A stretch of DNA of 64,000 bases from Vicinamibacterales bacterium (GCA_039925145.1 JBDSZL010000004.1:65821-129820), one strand, 5' to 3'; counted from the first letter of the stretch, positions 1 to 9,448 are shown. Numbers and translations: made by a program. Notes: generated from the sequence alone by a model not told the origin.

Positions 1-1734
1 GAGTCCGCGCTGCGCCAGCGGCTGGACGACCTGAGTGGGTTCAGTCATCCGTCGATCGCGGCCATCCGTCGGGTCGAGCGCGATGCAGGCGACGACCTGA
101 TGCTCGTCTGGAATCACGTCGCCGGCCGCCGGCTCTCGGAGATCATGCAGGATGCAACGGGACCGGCTTTCGCGCTGGAACTGATCGGTCAGGTCGCCCC
201 AGCTCTTGTCGCCCTCCACGAGCACGAAGCCGGCTTGTCGCATGGCCTCCTCACACCCGATCGCATTGTCGTGACCCGTGACGGCCGGTTGGTGATCACC
301 GAGCACCTCATGGCATCGGCGATGGGCGTCCTCGGCCTGCCGGCGGAGCGTGTGCGTGCCGAGTTGCAACTGGCGGTGGCGGACGGCCCCGACCCGGTCA
401 TGTTTGGTAGCGCCGCCGACCTTCTTCAACTCGGATTCATGGCGCTGTCGCTGCTCGTTGGGCGGCGCATCGATCCGACCGAGTACCCCGCCAAGATGGG
501 TGCATGCCTCGAAGAGCTCGAGGCGCGCGCGGCTGGCCGATTCATGGTGCCGGCCTCACTGCGAAGCTGGCTCGAACACGCGCTGCAGCTGGATGGCAAG
601 TCGTTCATGTCGGCGCGTGAGGCGCTCGACGCCTTCAGCGGGCTGCCAACAGCGGCAGAACTGCTAACGCCGGTCAAGCCGGCGCCAGCACCCGTTGAGG
701 CGCCCGCATCTGCGGCCGTCGTGACGACGCCCGCCACGCCCGTCGCGCTGCCGCCGCCAGATTCTGTGGTGGCGCCCGCGACGTCCGTTATGGAGCCGGT
801 GCTCGCTGCAACAGGCCATGCCGCGGCGAGCACGACGGCCGAGGCCATTGCGCCGCCCGTCGCGGCGGCGAAGCCGCGGATGGGTCCGATGGCGGTGTCG
901 CCGGCTCCGGCTGCAGTGTCAGCGGCTCCGTCTTTGGCGTCTTTTCCCGTTCAGCCGTCAGCGCCGACGTCCGCCGCGCCAGTCAAGTCCCGTCGTCGTC
1001 TCATCGTGACCGTGGCGATTGCAGTGGTTCTGGGAGGCGTCGCCATTTTCGAAGGCAGCGTCATCGCGATGCTCATCGATCGGCCTGCGAGTCTTCCGCC
1101 TCCGGCGATTGACCGCGCGGCGCACGCGCCGGCACCGGCGGCGTTGAGTGTTCCGGAGCCATCGCCCACGTCTGGCCCCGCATCCCCGGCAGCGACGACC
1201 GCGTCGGCTGCTGCCATCCCAGCTACGGCGGCGGCTGCGGATCCGACGGCGGCCAACGCGTTGCGGCCTGGGGCCGATCCTTCGCTGGCCGGCGCACCCG
1301 GAAGCCGCTTCGGCGGTCTGAAACTGACATCGAGTTTCGATCTCGCGGCGTTCGAGAATGGGAAGCCGGTCGGATCCAGCGCGGCGCCCATCGCGCTGAC
1401 GGAAGGTTCGCACGCCATGGATCTGGTGAACGACGCGCTCGGTTTCCGGACGCGCATCACTGTCACCGTCAAGCCCGGCCAGATGACCTCCGTGGCGCTG
1501 TCGGCGCCGAACGGCCGCGTGAGCATCAACGCGATGCCGTGGGCAAGTGTGTGGATTGACGGCGCGCCGGCCGGCGACACACCGCTGGCCAACGTCGCCA
1601 TTCCGATTGGATCGCACGAAGTCGTGTTCCGGCATCCACAGCTCGGCGAGCAACGACAGACCATGATCGTCAAGGCGGAGGGACTGACGAAGGTCAGTGC
1701 CAACCTGCAAGCCACCGCAGGAGGTGAGCGATGA
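1..1734 (+). CDS. Protein-kinase-fold (predicted pseudokinase) membrane protein with Ala/Pro-rich linker, one TM helix and C-terminal PEGA-like domain. The 5' end lies outside the window.
   Basis: Frame 1 is open from nt 1 (ESALRQRLDDLSGFSHPSIAAIRRV...) into ORF 100..1734. Hanks subdomains IV-XI are recognisable, but the catalytic loop reads SHGLLTPDR (canonical HRDLKPxN) and the DFG position reads TEH. TM segment is LIVTVAIAVVLGGVAIFEGSVIAMLI. C-terminal block WASVWIDGAPAGDTPLANVAIPIGSHEVVFRHPQLG is PEGA-like. Confidence 0.7.
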   Translation, partial: ESALRQRLDDLSGFSHPSIAAIRRVERDAGDDLMLVWNHVAGRRLSEIMQDATGPAFALELIGQVAPALVALHEHEAGLSHGLLTPDRIVVTRDGRLVITEHLMASAMGVLGLPAERVRAELQLAVADGPDPVMFGSAADLLQLGFMALSLLVGRRIDPTEYPAKMGACLEELEARAAGRFMVPASLRSWLEHALQLDGKSFMSAREALDAFSGLPTAAELLTPVKPAPAPVEAPASAAVVTTPATPVALPPPDSVVAPATSVMEPVLAATGHAAASTTAEAIAPPVAAAKPRMGPMAVSPAPAAVSAAPSLASFPVQPSAPTSAAPVKSRRRLIVTVAIAVVLGGVAIFEGSVIAMLIDRPASLPPPAIDRAAHAPAPAALSVPEPSPTSGPASPAATTASAAAIPATAAAADPTAANALRPGADPSLAGAPGSRFGGLKLTSSFDLAAFENGKPVGSSAAPIALTEGSHAMDLVNDALGFRTRITVTVKPGQMTSVALSAPNGRVSINAMPWASVWIDGAPAGDTPLANVAIPIGSHEVVFRHPQLGEQRQTMIVKAEGLTKVSANLQATAGGER

Positions 1735-2720
1735 GGCTCGACCGATCGATCGCGATTCGTACTGCAGGCGGGCTGCTGGTCCTGCTGCTGACCGCGGTGC
1801 CAGCCGCGGCACAGGTTGGACTGGCGCAGGCGAAGGATCTCTACGCCTCGGCGTCCTACGAAGAGGCGCTCCAGGCGCTCGGCACGTTACCGGTCAGGAC
1901 CACGTCCATCGAGTCGACCGAAGTGGCGACCTACCAGGTGTTCTGTCTGCTCGCGCTGGGACGAAGCGCCGAAGCCAAGCAGGCGATCGAAGCGATCGTG
2001 CACTCCGATCCGTTGTTTCACCCCACCGACGGGCAAGCCTCGCCGCGCCTGCGGGCATTCTTCGAAGACACGCGGCGGCCGTTCCTGCCAGACATCGTGC
2101 GCCAGACGTACGCGCACGGCAAAGAGGCCTTTACGCGCAAGAATGCCGCAGATGCGCTGGTCGACTTCAATCGCGTGATCGCGCTCGTGGACGAGCTCGG
2201 CGAAACGGCCGACCCCGGCATCGCCGATCTCCGTACGTTGGCATCGGGCTTCAGGGATCTCGCGGCGACGATAGTTGCTCCGGCTCCGCCCCCAGTGGCT
2301 GCTGCCCCCGCCCCGGTGGTCGCGGCGCCTGCGGCCGTATCAGCGGCCGCCACCGGCGCGCCGGCCAGTCCGGCTTCATCCGCGAGCGCTACGCCTGCCG
2401 ATGCGGGTGGCACCCCGACGCCTCGTCTCTACAGCGTGACTGACGCGGACGTCATGAAGCCGATTGCCATCTCGCGCGCGTTCCCCGAGTGGCGACCGTT
2501 CAACCCGACTGAGGCCCGCCGTGACTTCAACGGCACACTCGATGTGGTCACCAACGAGATGGGCATGGTGGTCTCGGCCACGATTGTGAAGAGCATTCAT
2601 CCACTCTACGATCCGATGTTGCTGCGGGCGGCTGCGGCCTGGCGGTTCAAGCCGGCCACGAAGAACGGCATGCCGGTGCGATACACCTCGAGGATCGACA
2701 TTCGCCTCACGCCGAAGTGA
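1731..2720 (+). CDS. Secreted TPR-like protein with C-terminal TonB-type domain
   Basis: 329-aa ORF whose ATG overlaps the upstream stop (ATGA 1731-1734). Signal peptide ends ...LLVLLLTAVPAAAQ. Helical N-terminal half, Ala/Pro linker, then C-terminal block KPIAISRAFPEWRP...LDVVTNEMGMVVSATIVKS...LLRAAAAWRFKPATKNGMPV resembling TonB C-terminal domains. Confidence 0.65.
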   Translation: MRLDRSIAIRTAGGLLVLLLTAVPAAAQVGLAQAKDLYASASYEEALQALGTLPVRTTSIESTEVATYQVFCLLALGRSAEAKQAIEAIVHSDPLFHPTDGQASPRLRAFFEDTRRPFLPDIVRQTYAHGKEAFTRKNAADALVDFNRVIALVDELGETADPGIADLRTLASGFRDLAATIVAPAPPPVAAAPAPVVAAPAAVSAAATGAPASPASSASATPADAGGTPTPRLYSVTDADVMKPIAISRAFPEWRPFNPTEARRDFNGTLDVVTNEMGMVVSATIVKSIHPLYDPMLLRAAAAWRFKPATKNGMPVRYTSRIDIRLTPK

Positions 2721-2723
2721 GTG

Positions 2724-3563
2724 CTACCGGCCTGGTCCCGGCGCTCCGCGCGCCGCGCCGCCCATGGCGGCCATGCCGCTGAGGATGTCCTGCTTCTGGA
2801 AGCCCGCAGGCACGGTGAACATCGAGTCGGGAAACGTCTGGCGCGCCACGTCCGTGACCTCCATCGTCGTCTGTACCCCCGCAAGCGTCGCCGTCACTCT
2901 GACAGGGAACCCGTCGAATCCCTGGCTATCCGCTGAGCCAAACGCGAGCACGGCGCTGGCGATCTGCGGCATCAGCTTGCTGAGCAGACTTGCGAGCTGA
3001 CCGGCGACCGCGAAGTCGGCCTCGGTGACTCCGAGGGCGCTCGCGCTGACGGTGCACACGTCCGACGTCTTCTGGCCGTTCTCGTAGCCCTCGTAGACGT
3101 TGCACGTCCAGCGTCCGACCTTGCTCGTGCCCCCCTTGCGGAACTCGGGCTTGGCAGCCGGCGTCGTTGGCAGGCCGCGTCCGCGCATCATCGCTTCCAT
3201 CTGCGCCCGCTGGGCGGGCGACATGTTCGCCATCTGCGCCTGCATCATCGTGAGGGCATTCTGCGCCATCGCCGCCATGGCCTCGAGCTCGGCCTTGGTC
3301 ATCTCCGTATACGTCTTGGCTCCGGTGTCGATCAGATCGATGACTCCTTTGCCGGTGTCATAGACGACGACCTGCTGCGTGCCCGTTGCGCCGGTGACCT
3401 CCGAGCGCATGCGTGTCTTCTCGATCTGCGTCTGCGTCGTTTGAGCCGTCGTCCCGACTGTGACCCGCTGGGTGATCTGGATGCCTTCGGCGGCAAATCC
3501 TGGGACAGCGATCGTGCTGAACAGGAGTGCGACGCTGAGAAGTCTCGGGTTGCTGAACGTCAT
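2724..3563 (-). CDS. Secreted Met-rich protein, DUF4412-like
   Basis: Internal ATG at 3563 gives MTFSNPRLLSVALLFSTIAVPGFAAEG (signal peptide). The longer ORF to 3824 is Arg/Pro-rich and overlaps the upstream gene. Central Met-rich segment is AMAAMAQNALTMMQAQMANMSPAQRAQMEAMMRGRG. The start overlaps the upstream stop (ATGA 3560-3563). Confidence 0.6.
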   Translation of the reverse strand: MTFSNPRLLSVALLFSTIAVPGFAAEGIQITQRVTVGTTAQTTQTQIEKTRMRSEVTGATGTQQVVVYDTGKGVIDLIDTGAKTYTEMTKAELEAMAAMAQNALTMMQAQMANMSPAQRAQMEAMMRGRGLPTTPAAKPEFRKGGTSKVGRWTCNVYEGYENGQKTSDVCTVSASALGVTEADFAVAGQLASLLSKLMPQIASAVLAFGSADSQGFDGFPVRVTATLAGVQTTMEVTDVARQTFPDSMFTVPAGFQKQDILSGMAAMGGAARGAPGPGR

Positions 3564-5125
3564 GTGGTCTCCACGATCCTCGGGGAAGATGCGGCGAGAG
3601 GAGCCGCCTGGTGCGGTGGGTCGATCACCTCGGCCGGCACGTACTCGCGTTCTTGTCGTCGGATGCGCTTGTAGCGCTTGAAGGCGGTGCGTTCGTCTTC
3701 GAGGCCGATCCAGGTCAGGAGACTCGTGCCCCGGAAGGTGTGCCGCATCATCTGCAGGCCGTTGCGCATGACAAACCCCGGGTCGTGCCTGATGACCGCG
3801 GGCAGGTGGCGCACCTTCATCCACCGTTCGGCACGCCAGCGCATGAACTCCACGTCTTCGGCGCCGAGGTGGGTGGTGCGTACCACGGCCGTCGTGCCGT
3901 CGTACTCCTCCACGGCATCCGACACGATGAGGCCGCGCTCGCGGAAATCCCGCGTCATGGGCGTGCCGGGGTACGGCGTTGGATGCTGGATGTAGGGCCA
4001 GTCGACATACTGTCGTGCGAATGCGAGATTGGCCTCGATCGACTCGCGTGTGTCGTCCGGGTTGCCGACAATCAGTCCCCCGACGACGAACATGCCGTGG
4101 CGATGGAGGATGTCGACCGCCTGCAGCGTCGCGTTCCCCACGGTGCGGCCGTTCTGCCGCTCCGCGTTCTTGGCGGCCGCCCGAAGAAACGTCAAATCGT
4201 CGGCGACGATGTTCTCGATGCCCAGGAACACGTACCGGAACCCGGCGCGCCGCATGCAGGCCCCGAGGGCGTCTCCGCCGGTGAGGAATGCGCTCGTCAT
4301 GCCCTGCACGATGTAGTCGATGTCGTTGAGGCCGGCGGCGATGATCGCCTCACAGAGCGCGCGGAAGCGCGTGAGGTTCAGGGTGATGTTGTCATCGACG
4401 AGAAAGATCGTCCGCGTGCCCCGCCCATGCGCATCGGCAATGTCAGCGACCACGCGATCGATAGACCATGTGTGAAAGTTGCGGCCGCGCATCTCGATAA
4501 TGGAGCAGAAGCTGCAATCGTACGTGCACCCTCGTGAGGTCTCGACGACGTCGACGGGGCGGCCGAGAAAGGTGTAGCCCTGGAGCACGCGCCCGTCGCG
4601 GCGCGGCGGCAGCACCTCGCCGTCGAGCGTGCTGACGTGTCGTGGCGCGTTGCGGACGAAACCCTGCGGCGTGCGGTACGACATGCCCGCGATGGCACCG
4701 TAGCCGGTGCCGTTCTCACGAGCACGGAGCAATTCCCGAAACGTGATGTCGCCCTCGCCCGAGACGATGACGTCGACGCCCCAGCTGTCGGTTTCCCAGA
4801 CGTGTGGTGCCAGACTCGGGTCGTAGCCGCCCACGACGACCAGCGCCTTCGGCGCCAGCTTCCGAACGAGGGCGATGATTCGCCGTGCGGTGTGGCGCTG
4901 GAACGTCATGACCGACAGCCCGACCACGTCTGGTGCGTGGGTCTGCACGAGCCGTGTCACCGTGGCGGCGACGTCCCGCTGCGCAAGGATCAGGTCTGCG
5001 ATGGCCACCCGGTGATGCGGGTCGATGTTGCCGGCGAGCGAGGCCAGGGCGCCGTTTGGAAACCGCATGGCCAGGGCGGGCGTGTGCTCGAAGGCATCGG
5101 GCATCGAGAGCAGCAGAACGTTCAT
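3560..5125 (-). CDS. B12-binding-domain radical SAM protein (class B radical SAM, methylase-like)
   Basis: Start MNVLLLSMPD at 5125 is preceded by GGAGGA (plus strand tcctcc 5131-5136). N-terminal B12-binding-like Rossmann region (VVGLSVMTFQ...VVVGGYDPS) is followed by the CxxxCxxC cluster motif SRGCTYDCSFCS. Confidence 0.85.
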   Translation of the reverse strand: MNVLLLSMPDAFEHTPALAMRFPNGALASLAGNIDPHHRVAIADLILAQRDVAATVTRLVQTHAPDVVGLSVMTFQRHTARRIIALVRKLAPKALVVVGGYDPSLAPHVWETDSWGVDVIVSGEGDITFRELLRARENGTGYGAIAGMSYRTPQGFVRNAPRHVSTLDGEVLPPRRDGRVLQGYTFLGRPVDVVETSRGCTYDCSFCSIIEMRGRNFHTWSIDRVVADIADAHGRGTRTIFLVDDNITLNLTRFRALCEAIIAAGLNDIDYIVQGMTSAFLTGGDALGACMRRAGFRYVFLGIENIVADDLTFLRAAAKNAERQNGRTVGNATLQAVDILHRHGMFVVGGLIVGNPDDTRESIEANLAFARQYVDWPYIQHPTPYPGTPMTRDFRERGLIVSDAVEEYDGTTAVVRTTHLGAEDVEFMRWRAERWMKVRHLPAVIRHDPGFVMRNGLQMMRHTFRGTSLLTWIGLEDERTAFKRYKRIRRQEREYVPAEVIDPPHQAAPLAASSPRIVETT

Positions 5126-5341
5126 GGCATTCCTCCTTACCACCGCCGGGGTGCCCCGTGCCGATTTGCCCATCCTGCGGCAAGGGCCGTGCGAAGGCAA
5201 GTACGACTCAGCGAGCGTCGGCCGGGTGCCGGCCGGGCGTCGGCGGCCCGTGCTATTTTGAAGGGCTCGACAAAGGCTGTGACCGTGGGCGCGGTGCCCG
5301 CCGGTGGCCTGCCTGCTGGCTTGGAGCGGCCGTCATCGTTC

Positions 5342-8300
5342 ATGAAGAAACTGCTCGCGCTCAACCGCGGCGAAATCGCCATCCGGATCATGCGCGCGGC
5401 CACCGAGCTGGGGCTGCGCACCGTCGCGATCTTCCCGAAAGAAGACGCCCTCAGCCTGCACCGCTTCAAGGCCGATGAGGCCTACCAGATCGGCGAGGGC
5501 AAGGGCCCGGTGCAGGCCTACCTGGATGTCGACGCCATTGTCGCGCTGGCTCAGGAGAAGGGTGTCGACGCCATCCATCCCGGCTACGGCTTCTTGTCGG
5601 AGAACCCCGAGCTGCCTCGCGCCTGCCTCAAAGCGGGTATCACCTGTGTTGGACCGAGCGCCGAGCTGCTCGAACTGCTCGGTGACAAGACGGCGGCGCG
5701 GCGTCTCGCCGCCAGATCCGGCGTTCCTATCATCCCGGGTCTGGACCACGCGCTGACCGACGTCGCCGATGTCAGACGCGCGGCCGACCAGGTGGGCTAC
5801 CCGCTCATCATCAAGGCCGCGTTCGGCGGTGGCGGTCGCGGGATGCGTGTGGTGGAATCACCGGGCGAGCTGGTGAGCCGCTTCGACGAAGCCAGCCGGG
5901 AAGCGGCGGCGGCGTTCGGCAACGGCGCGGTCTTCATGGAGCGGTACATCCGCAAGCCGCGCCATATCGAAGTGCAGGTGCTTGGCGACCGGGCTGGAAA
6001 CGTCGTGCATCTGTACGAGCGCGACTGTTCCGTGCAGCGTCGCCACCAGAAGGTGGTCGAGGTGGCGCCGGCCGTCGGGCTCGATCCCGACGTGCGGCTG
6101 GCGATCTGCAGCGCCGCGGTCCGGCTGCTGAAGACCGCCGGGTACTGCAACGCCGGCACTGTGGAATTCCTGCTCGATAGCGCCACCAACGAGTGGTTCT
6201 TCATCGAGGTCAATCCGCGCATCCAGGTGGAGCACACGGTCACCGAGATGGTGACCGGCATCGATCTCGTGCGCTGCCAGATTCTGATCGCGCAGGGCTG
6301 TCTCCTGCACGGGCCTGAGATGGGCCTGCCACCGCAGGATCAGATGCCGGTGCATGGCTACGCGCTGCAGTGCCGCGTCACCACGGAGGACCCGCAGAAC
6401 AACTTCGTCCCCGACTACGGGAAGATCCACACCTACCGATCGCCGGCTGGGTTCGGCGTGCGACTCGACGGCGGATCCGCCTACGGCGGAGCGGTCATCA
6501 GCCCGTACTACGATTCGCTGCTCGTGAAGCTGACGGTGTGGGGGCAGGAGTTCTCGCACGCGTGCCGCCGGATGGACCGCGCGCTGCGGGAGTTCCGCAT
6601 CCGGGGTGTCAAGACGAACATCCCCTTCCTCGAGAACGTCGTCAATCACCCCGTCTTCCAGAGCGGTCGCGTCACGACGAGCTTTCTGGACGAGACGCCG
6701 GGTCTGTTTCGATTTGCGCCGCGGCAGGATCGCGCGACGAAGCTGTTGACCTACCTCGCAGACGTGATCGTCAACGGGAACTCGGAAGTGAAGGGCAAGG
6801 CCGAGCCGGCGCGGCTCGAGGCCGCACCGATCCCGTCCCATGTCGCGGGCACTCCACCGCCTGGCACCCGTCAGTTGCTCGAGAAACTGGGCGCCGAAGG
6901 CTTTGCGGCATGGACGAGCCGGCAGAAGCGCCTGCTTCTGACGGACACGACGCTGCGCGACGCGCATCAGTCGCTGATGGCGACCCGGCTGCGCACGTAC
7001 GACATGACGGCGATTGCCAATTTCATCGCGCACGCCATGCCGGAGTTGTACAGCCTCGAGATGTGGGGCGGCGCGACCTTCGACGTCTCCATGCGGTTCC
7101 TCCATGAGGATCCGTGGACACGCATGAGGCGCCTGCGCGAGCTGATTCCCAACATCTGCTTTCAGATGCTGTTGCGCGCCTCGAATGCGGTCGGCTACAC
7201 GGCCTATCCCGACAACGCCGTGCGGGAGTTCGTCACCGAAGCGGCGACACAGGGGATGGACATCTTTCGCGTGTTCGACTCGCTGAACTGGCTGCCGAAC
7301 ATGAAGGTGGCCATGGAGGCGATTCGCAAGACCGGCCGCGTGTGCGAAGCGGCGGTCTGCTACACGGGCGACATCCTCGACCCGGCGCGTGACAAATACC
7401 CGCTCGAGTACTACGTACGCACCGCAAAGGAACTGGAGCGGATGGGCGCGCACGTGCTCGGCATCAAGGACATGGCCGGACTCTGCCGGCCGTATGCCGC
7501 CGAGAAACTGGTGCGCGCGCTCAAGAGCGAAATCGGCATCCCGATCCACTTCCACACGCATGACACGAGCGGCATCAACGCCGCGTCCATCCTGAAAGCA
7601 TCCGAGGCGGGCGTGGACGTCGCCGACGCGGCGGCGGCGGCGATGAGCGGCACCACGAGCCAGCCGAATCTCAATTCAATCGTCGCGGCGCTCGCGCATA
7701 CGAAGCGGGCGACGGGCGTGAATCTCGACGCGCTGAATCAGTACTCGGACTACTGGGAGGTGGTGCGAGCCTACTACGAGCCCTTCGACAACGCGCCGCT
7801 CTCGGGTACGGCCGAGGTCTACATCCATGAGATGCCGGGCGGCCAGTACACGAACCTTCGCGAGCAGGCCGAAGCGATGGGCCTCGGCGAGCGCTGGGCC
7901 GAAATCGGCCGCACCTACGCGGACGTCAACCAGGCCTTCGGCGACATCGTCAAAGTCACTCCCTCGAGCAAAGTGGTGGGCGACATGGCCATCTTCCTCG
8001 TCACGCACGGCATGACGATGAAGGAGTTCGAGGCGCTCGGCGTCAGCCACAATCTCACGCTGCCCAACTCCGTGGTGGACATGTTCGCAGGCTCGCTCGG
8101 ACAGCCAGAGGGCGGCTGGCCGCGGAAGCTCCAGAAGATCATCCTGCGCGATCAGAAGCCGATCAAGGGCCGGCCCGGCGCCAGTCTGCCCCCGATCGAT
8201 ATGGCGGCGACGGCCGCAGACCTCGAACGGCTCATCGGACGAAAGCCGCTGCACGACGAGGTCCTCAGCTATGTGATGTACCCCGACGTGTTCATCAAGT

Positions 8301-8779
8301 TCGCCCGCGGCCAGCAGAGCTACGGCGACGTGGGCGTGCTGCCGACGCGTCCCTTCTTCTACGGGATGCGCACCGGCGACGTCATCGCGGTGGAGCTCGA
8401 GCCAGGCAAGACGATCGTCGTGAAATTCCTCACCGTGGGTGAGCTCCGTCCGGACGGGCAGCGGACCGTATTCTTCGAGCTCAACGGACAACCACGAGAG
8501 GTGGGCATCCGGGACAAGTCGCAGAAGACCACCGGCGCGCCCAAGGAGATGGCCGATCCCAATCATTCGGGTCACATCGGCGCGCCAACGCCGGGCATTG
8601 TCACGGCCGTCGCGGTCGAGCAGGGACAGGTGGTCGAGAAAGGGCAGAAGCTGCTGATTCTCGAGGCGATGAAGATGCAGAGCACGGTCTACGCGCCCGT
8701 TGCCGGTAAGGTCGCGCGCCGGCTCGTGCAGCCGGGCCAGGCTGTCGAGACGAAAGAGCTGCTCCTGGTCATCGAATAG
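5342..8779 (+). CDS. pyc: Pyruvate carboxylase (single-chain: biotin carboxylase + carboxyltransferase + biotinyl domain)
   Basis: Start MKKLLALNRGEIAIRIMRAATELG at 5342. The ORF-track N-terminal extension from 4637 overlaps the divergent gene. Contains an ATP-grasp BC domain, a TIM-barrel CT domain (LLLTDTTLRDAHQS) and the C-terminal biotin attachment motif EAMKMQ. About 1145 aa, the length expected for Pyc. Confidence 0.95.
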   Translation: MKKLLALNRGEIAIRIMRAATELGLRTVAIFPKEDALSLHRFKADEAYQIGEGKGPVQAYLDVDAIVALAQEKGVDAIHPGYGFLSENPELPRACLKAGITCVGPSAELLELLGDKTAARRLAARSGVPIIPGLDHALTDVADVRRAADQVGYPLIIKAAFGGGGRGMRVVESPGELVSRFDEASREAAAAFGNGAVFMERYIRKPRHIEVQVLGDRAGNVVHLYERDCSVQRRHQKVVEVAPAVGLDPDVRLAICSAAVRLLKTAGYCNAGTVEFLLDSATNEWFFIEVNPRIQVEHTVTEMVTGIDLVRCQILIAQGCLLHGPEMGLPPQDQMPVHGYALQCRVTTEDPQNNFVPDYGKIHTYRSPAGFGVRLDGGSAYGGAVISPYYDSLLVKLTVWGQEFSHACRRMDRALREFRIRGVKTNIPFLENVVNHPVFQSGRVTTSFLDETPGLFRFAPRQDRATKLLTYLADVIVNGNSEVKGKAEPARLEAAPIPSHVAGTPPPGTRQLLEKLGAEGFAAWTSRQKRLLLTDTTLRDAHQSLMATRLRTYDMTAIANFIAHAMPELYSLEMWGGATFDVSMRFLHEDPWTRMRRLRELIPNICFQMLLRASNAVGYTAYPDNAVREFVTEAATQGMDIFRVFDSLNWLPNMKVAMEAIRKTGRVCEAAVCYTGDILDPARDKYPLEYYVRTAKELERMGAHVLGIKDMAGLCRPYAAEKLVRALKSEIGIPIHFHTHDTSGINAASILKASEAGVDVADAAAAAMSGTTSQPNLNSIVAALAHTKRATGVNLDALNQYSDYWEVVRAYYEPFDNAPLSGTAEVYIHEMPGGQYTNLREQAEAMGLGERWAEIGRTYADVNQAFGDIVKVTPSSKVVGDMAIFLVTHGMTMKEFEALGVSHNLTLPNSVVDMFAGSLGQPEGGWPRKLQKIILRDQKPIKGRPGASLPPIDMAATAADLERLIGRKPLHDEVLSYVMYPDVFIKFARGQQSYGDVGVLPTRPFFYGMRTGDVIAVELEPGKTIVVKFLTVGELRPDGQRTVFFELNGQPREVGIRDKSQKTTGAPKEMADPNHSGHIGAPTPGIVTAVAVEQGQVVEKGQKLLILEAMKMQSTVYAPVAGKVARRLVQPGQAVETKELLLVIE

Positions 8780-8835
8780 CAGAAAACGCGGAACCGAGAG
8801 ACAATCGGCCCGGTTGACCTCTGGAAGGAGTTCCC

Positions 8836-9429
8836 ATGAACGTGGTGCCGCTCATCGCCCTCCTTATCGCGACTGTACTCTCCGGTACGCAGACCTACAC
8901 GCCAGATGCCGACGGCTTCATTCGGAATTGGCTGGTTCTCGCTCCGATTGCCGTTGAAGAGGATTCGGGTGCGACTGAAATCGACAAGGACCTGGTCAAC
9001 GGCGAGGCGGCGATCAAGCCGAAGGCCGGCGACAAAGTGTCGAGCCTGGGCACAACGTGGACCTGGACACCCCACACCACGTCCGATTACTTCATCGATT
9101 TCAGGGAGTCTTTCGGCAAAGACCGCGGCGAAGACGCGGCGGCCTACGCGGTGGCCTATGTCATCTCGGACGCCGACATGACCGTGAAGCTCTCGATGGG
9201 CTCCAACGACCAGTTCAAGGCGTGGCTCAACGGGAAGCAGGTGCTGAGGTTCGGGGAGACGAGGACCCTCGAGAAGGACACGGACACCGCGGACGTCACG
9301 CTTCTCAAAGGGCAGAACGTGCTCGTCTTCAAGGTGATCAACGAGAAGAACAGCTGGCAGGGCTGTGCGCGGTTCACCAAGGACGGCGTCGGGGTGAAGA
9401 ACCTCAGAATCTCGGTCGCGCCCCAGTAG
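8836..9429 (+). CDS. Secreted hypothetical protein, beta-sandwich-like (LamG/galactose-binding-like by pattern)
   Basis: GGAG at 8826-8829 sits before the ATG. Hydrophobic N-terminus MNVVPLIALLIATVLSG. Pattern ...AYAVAYVISDADMTVKLSMGSNDQFKAWLNGKQV...LLKGQNVLVFKVIN. Visibly lower GC than neighbouring genes. Confidence 0.6.
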   Translation: MNVVPLIALLIATVLSGTQTYTPDADGFIRNWLVLAPIAVEEDSGATEIDKDLVNGEAAIKPKAGDKVSSLGTTWTWTPHTTSDYFIDFRESFGKDRGEDAAAYAVAYVISDADMTVKLSMGSNDQFKAWLNGKQVLRFGETRTLEKDTDTADVTLLKGQNVLVFKVINEKNSWQGCARFTKDGVGVKNLRISVAPQ

Positions 9430-9448
9430 ACCAGCCGTCGTGTCATGA

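Noticed and set aside
4637-5341. N-terminal extensions proposed by the ORF track (pyc from 4637, SBP to 22379, DUF4412-like to 3824, speA from 45679, ADOP1 from 31250, gudD from 58482, garL to 56111).
   Set aside because: The extensions overlap neighbouring genes, are compositionally non-protein-like, and homolog-like N-termini with RBS or ATGA coupling occur at the internal starts I used.
5858-7561. 567-aa ORF antisense to pyc. Similar long ORFs are antisense or out of frame to real genes: 15209-16354, 18051-19394, 22487-24340, 39469-40584, 41356-43095, 46285-47853, 48845-50263, 52529-54742, 56108-57295.
   Set aside because: All are Arg/Pro/Gly/His-rich with no recognisable motifs, and each lies opposite a gene with strong family signatures and correct GC3 bias. 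Open antisense frames are expected in roughly 67% GC DNA.
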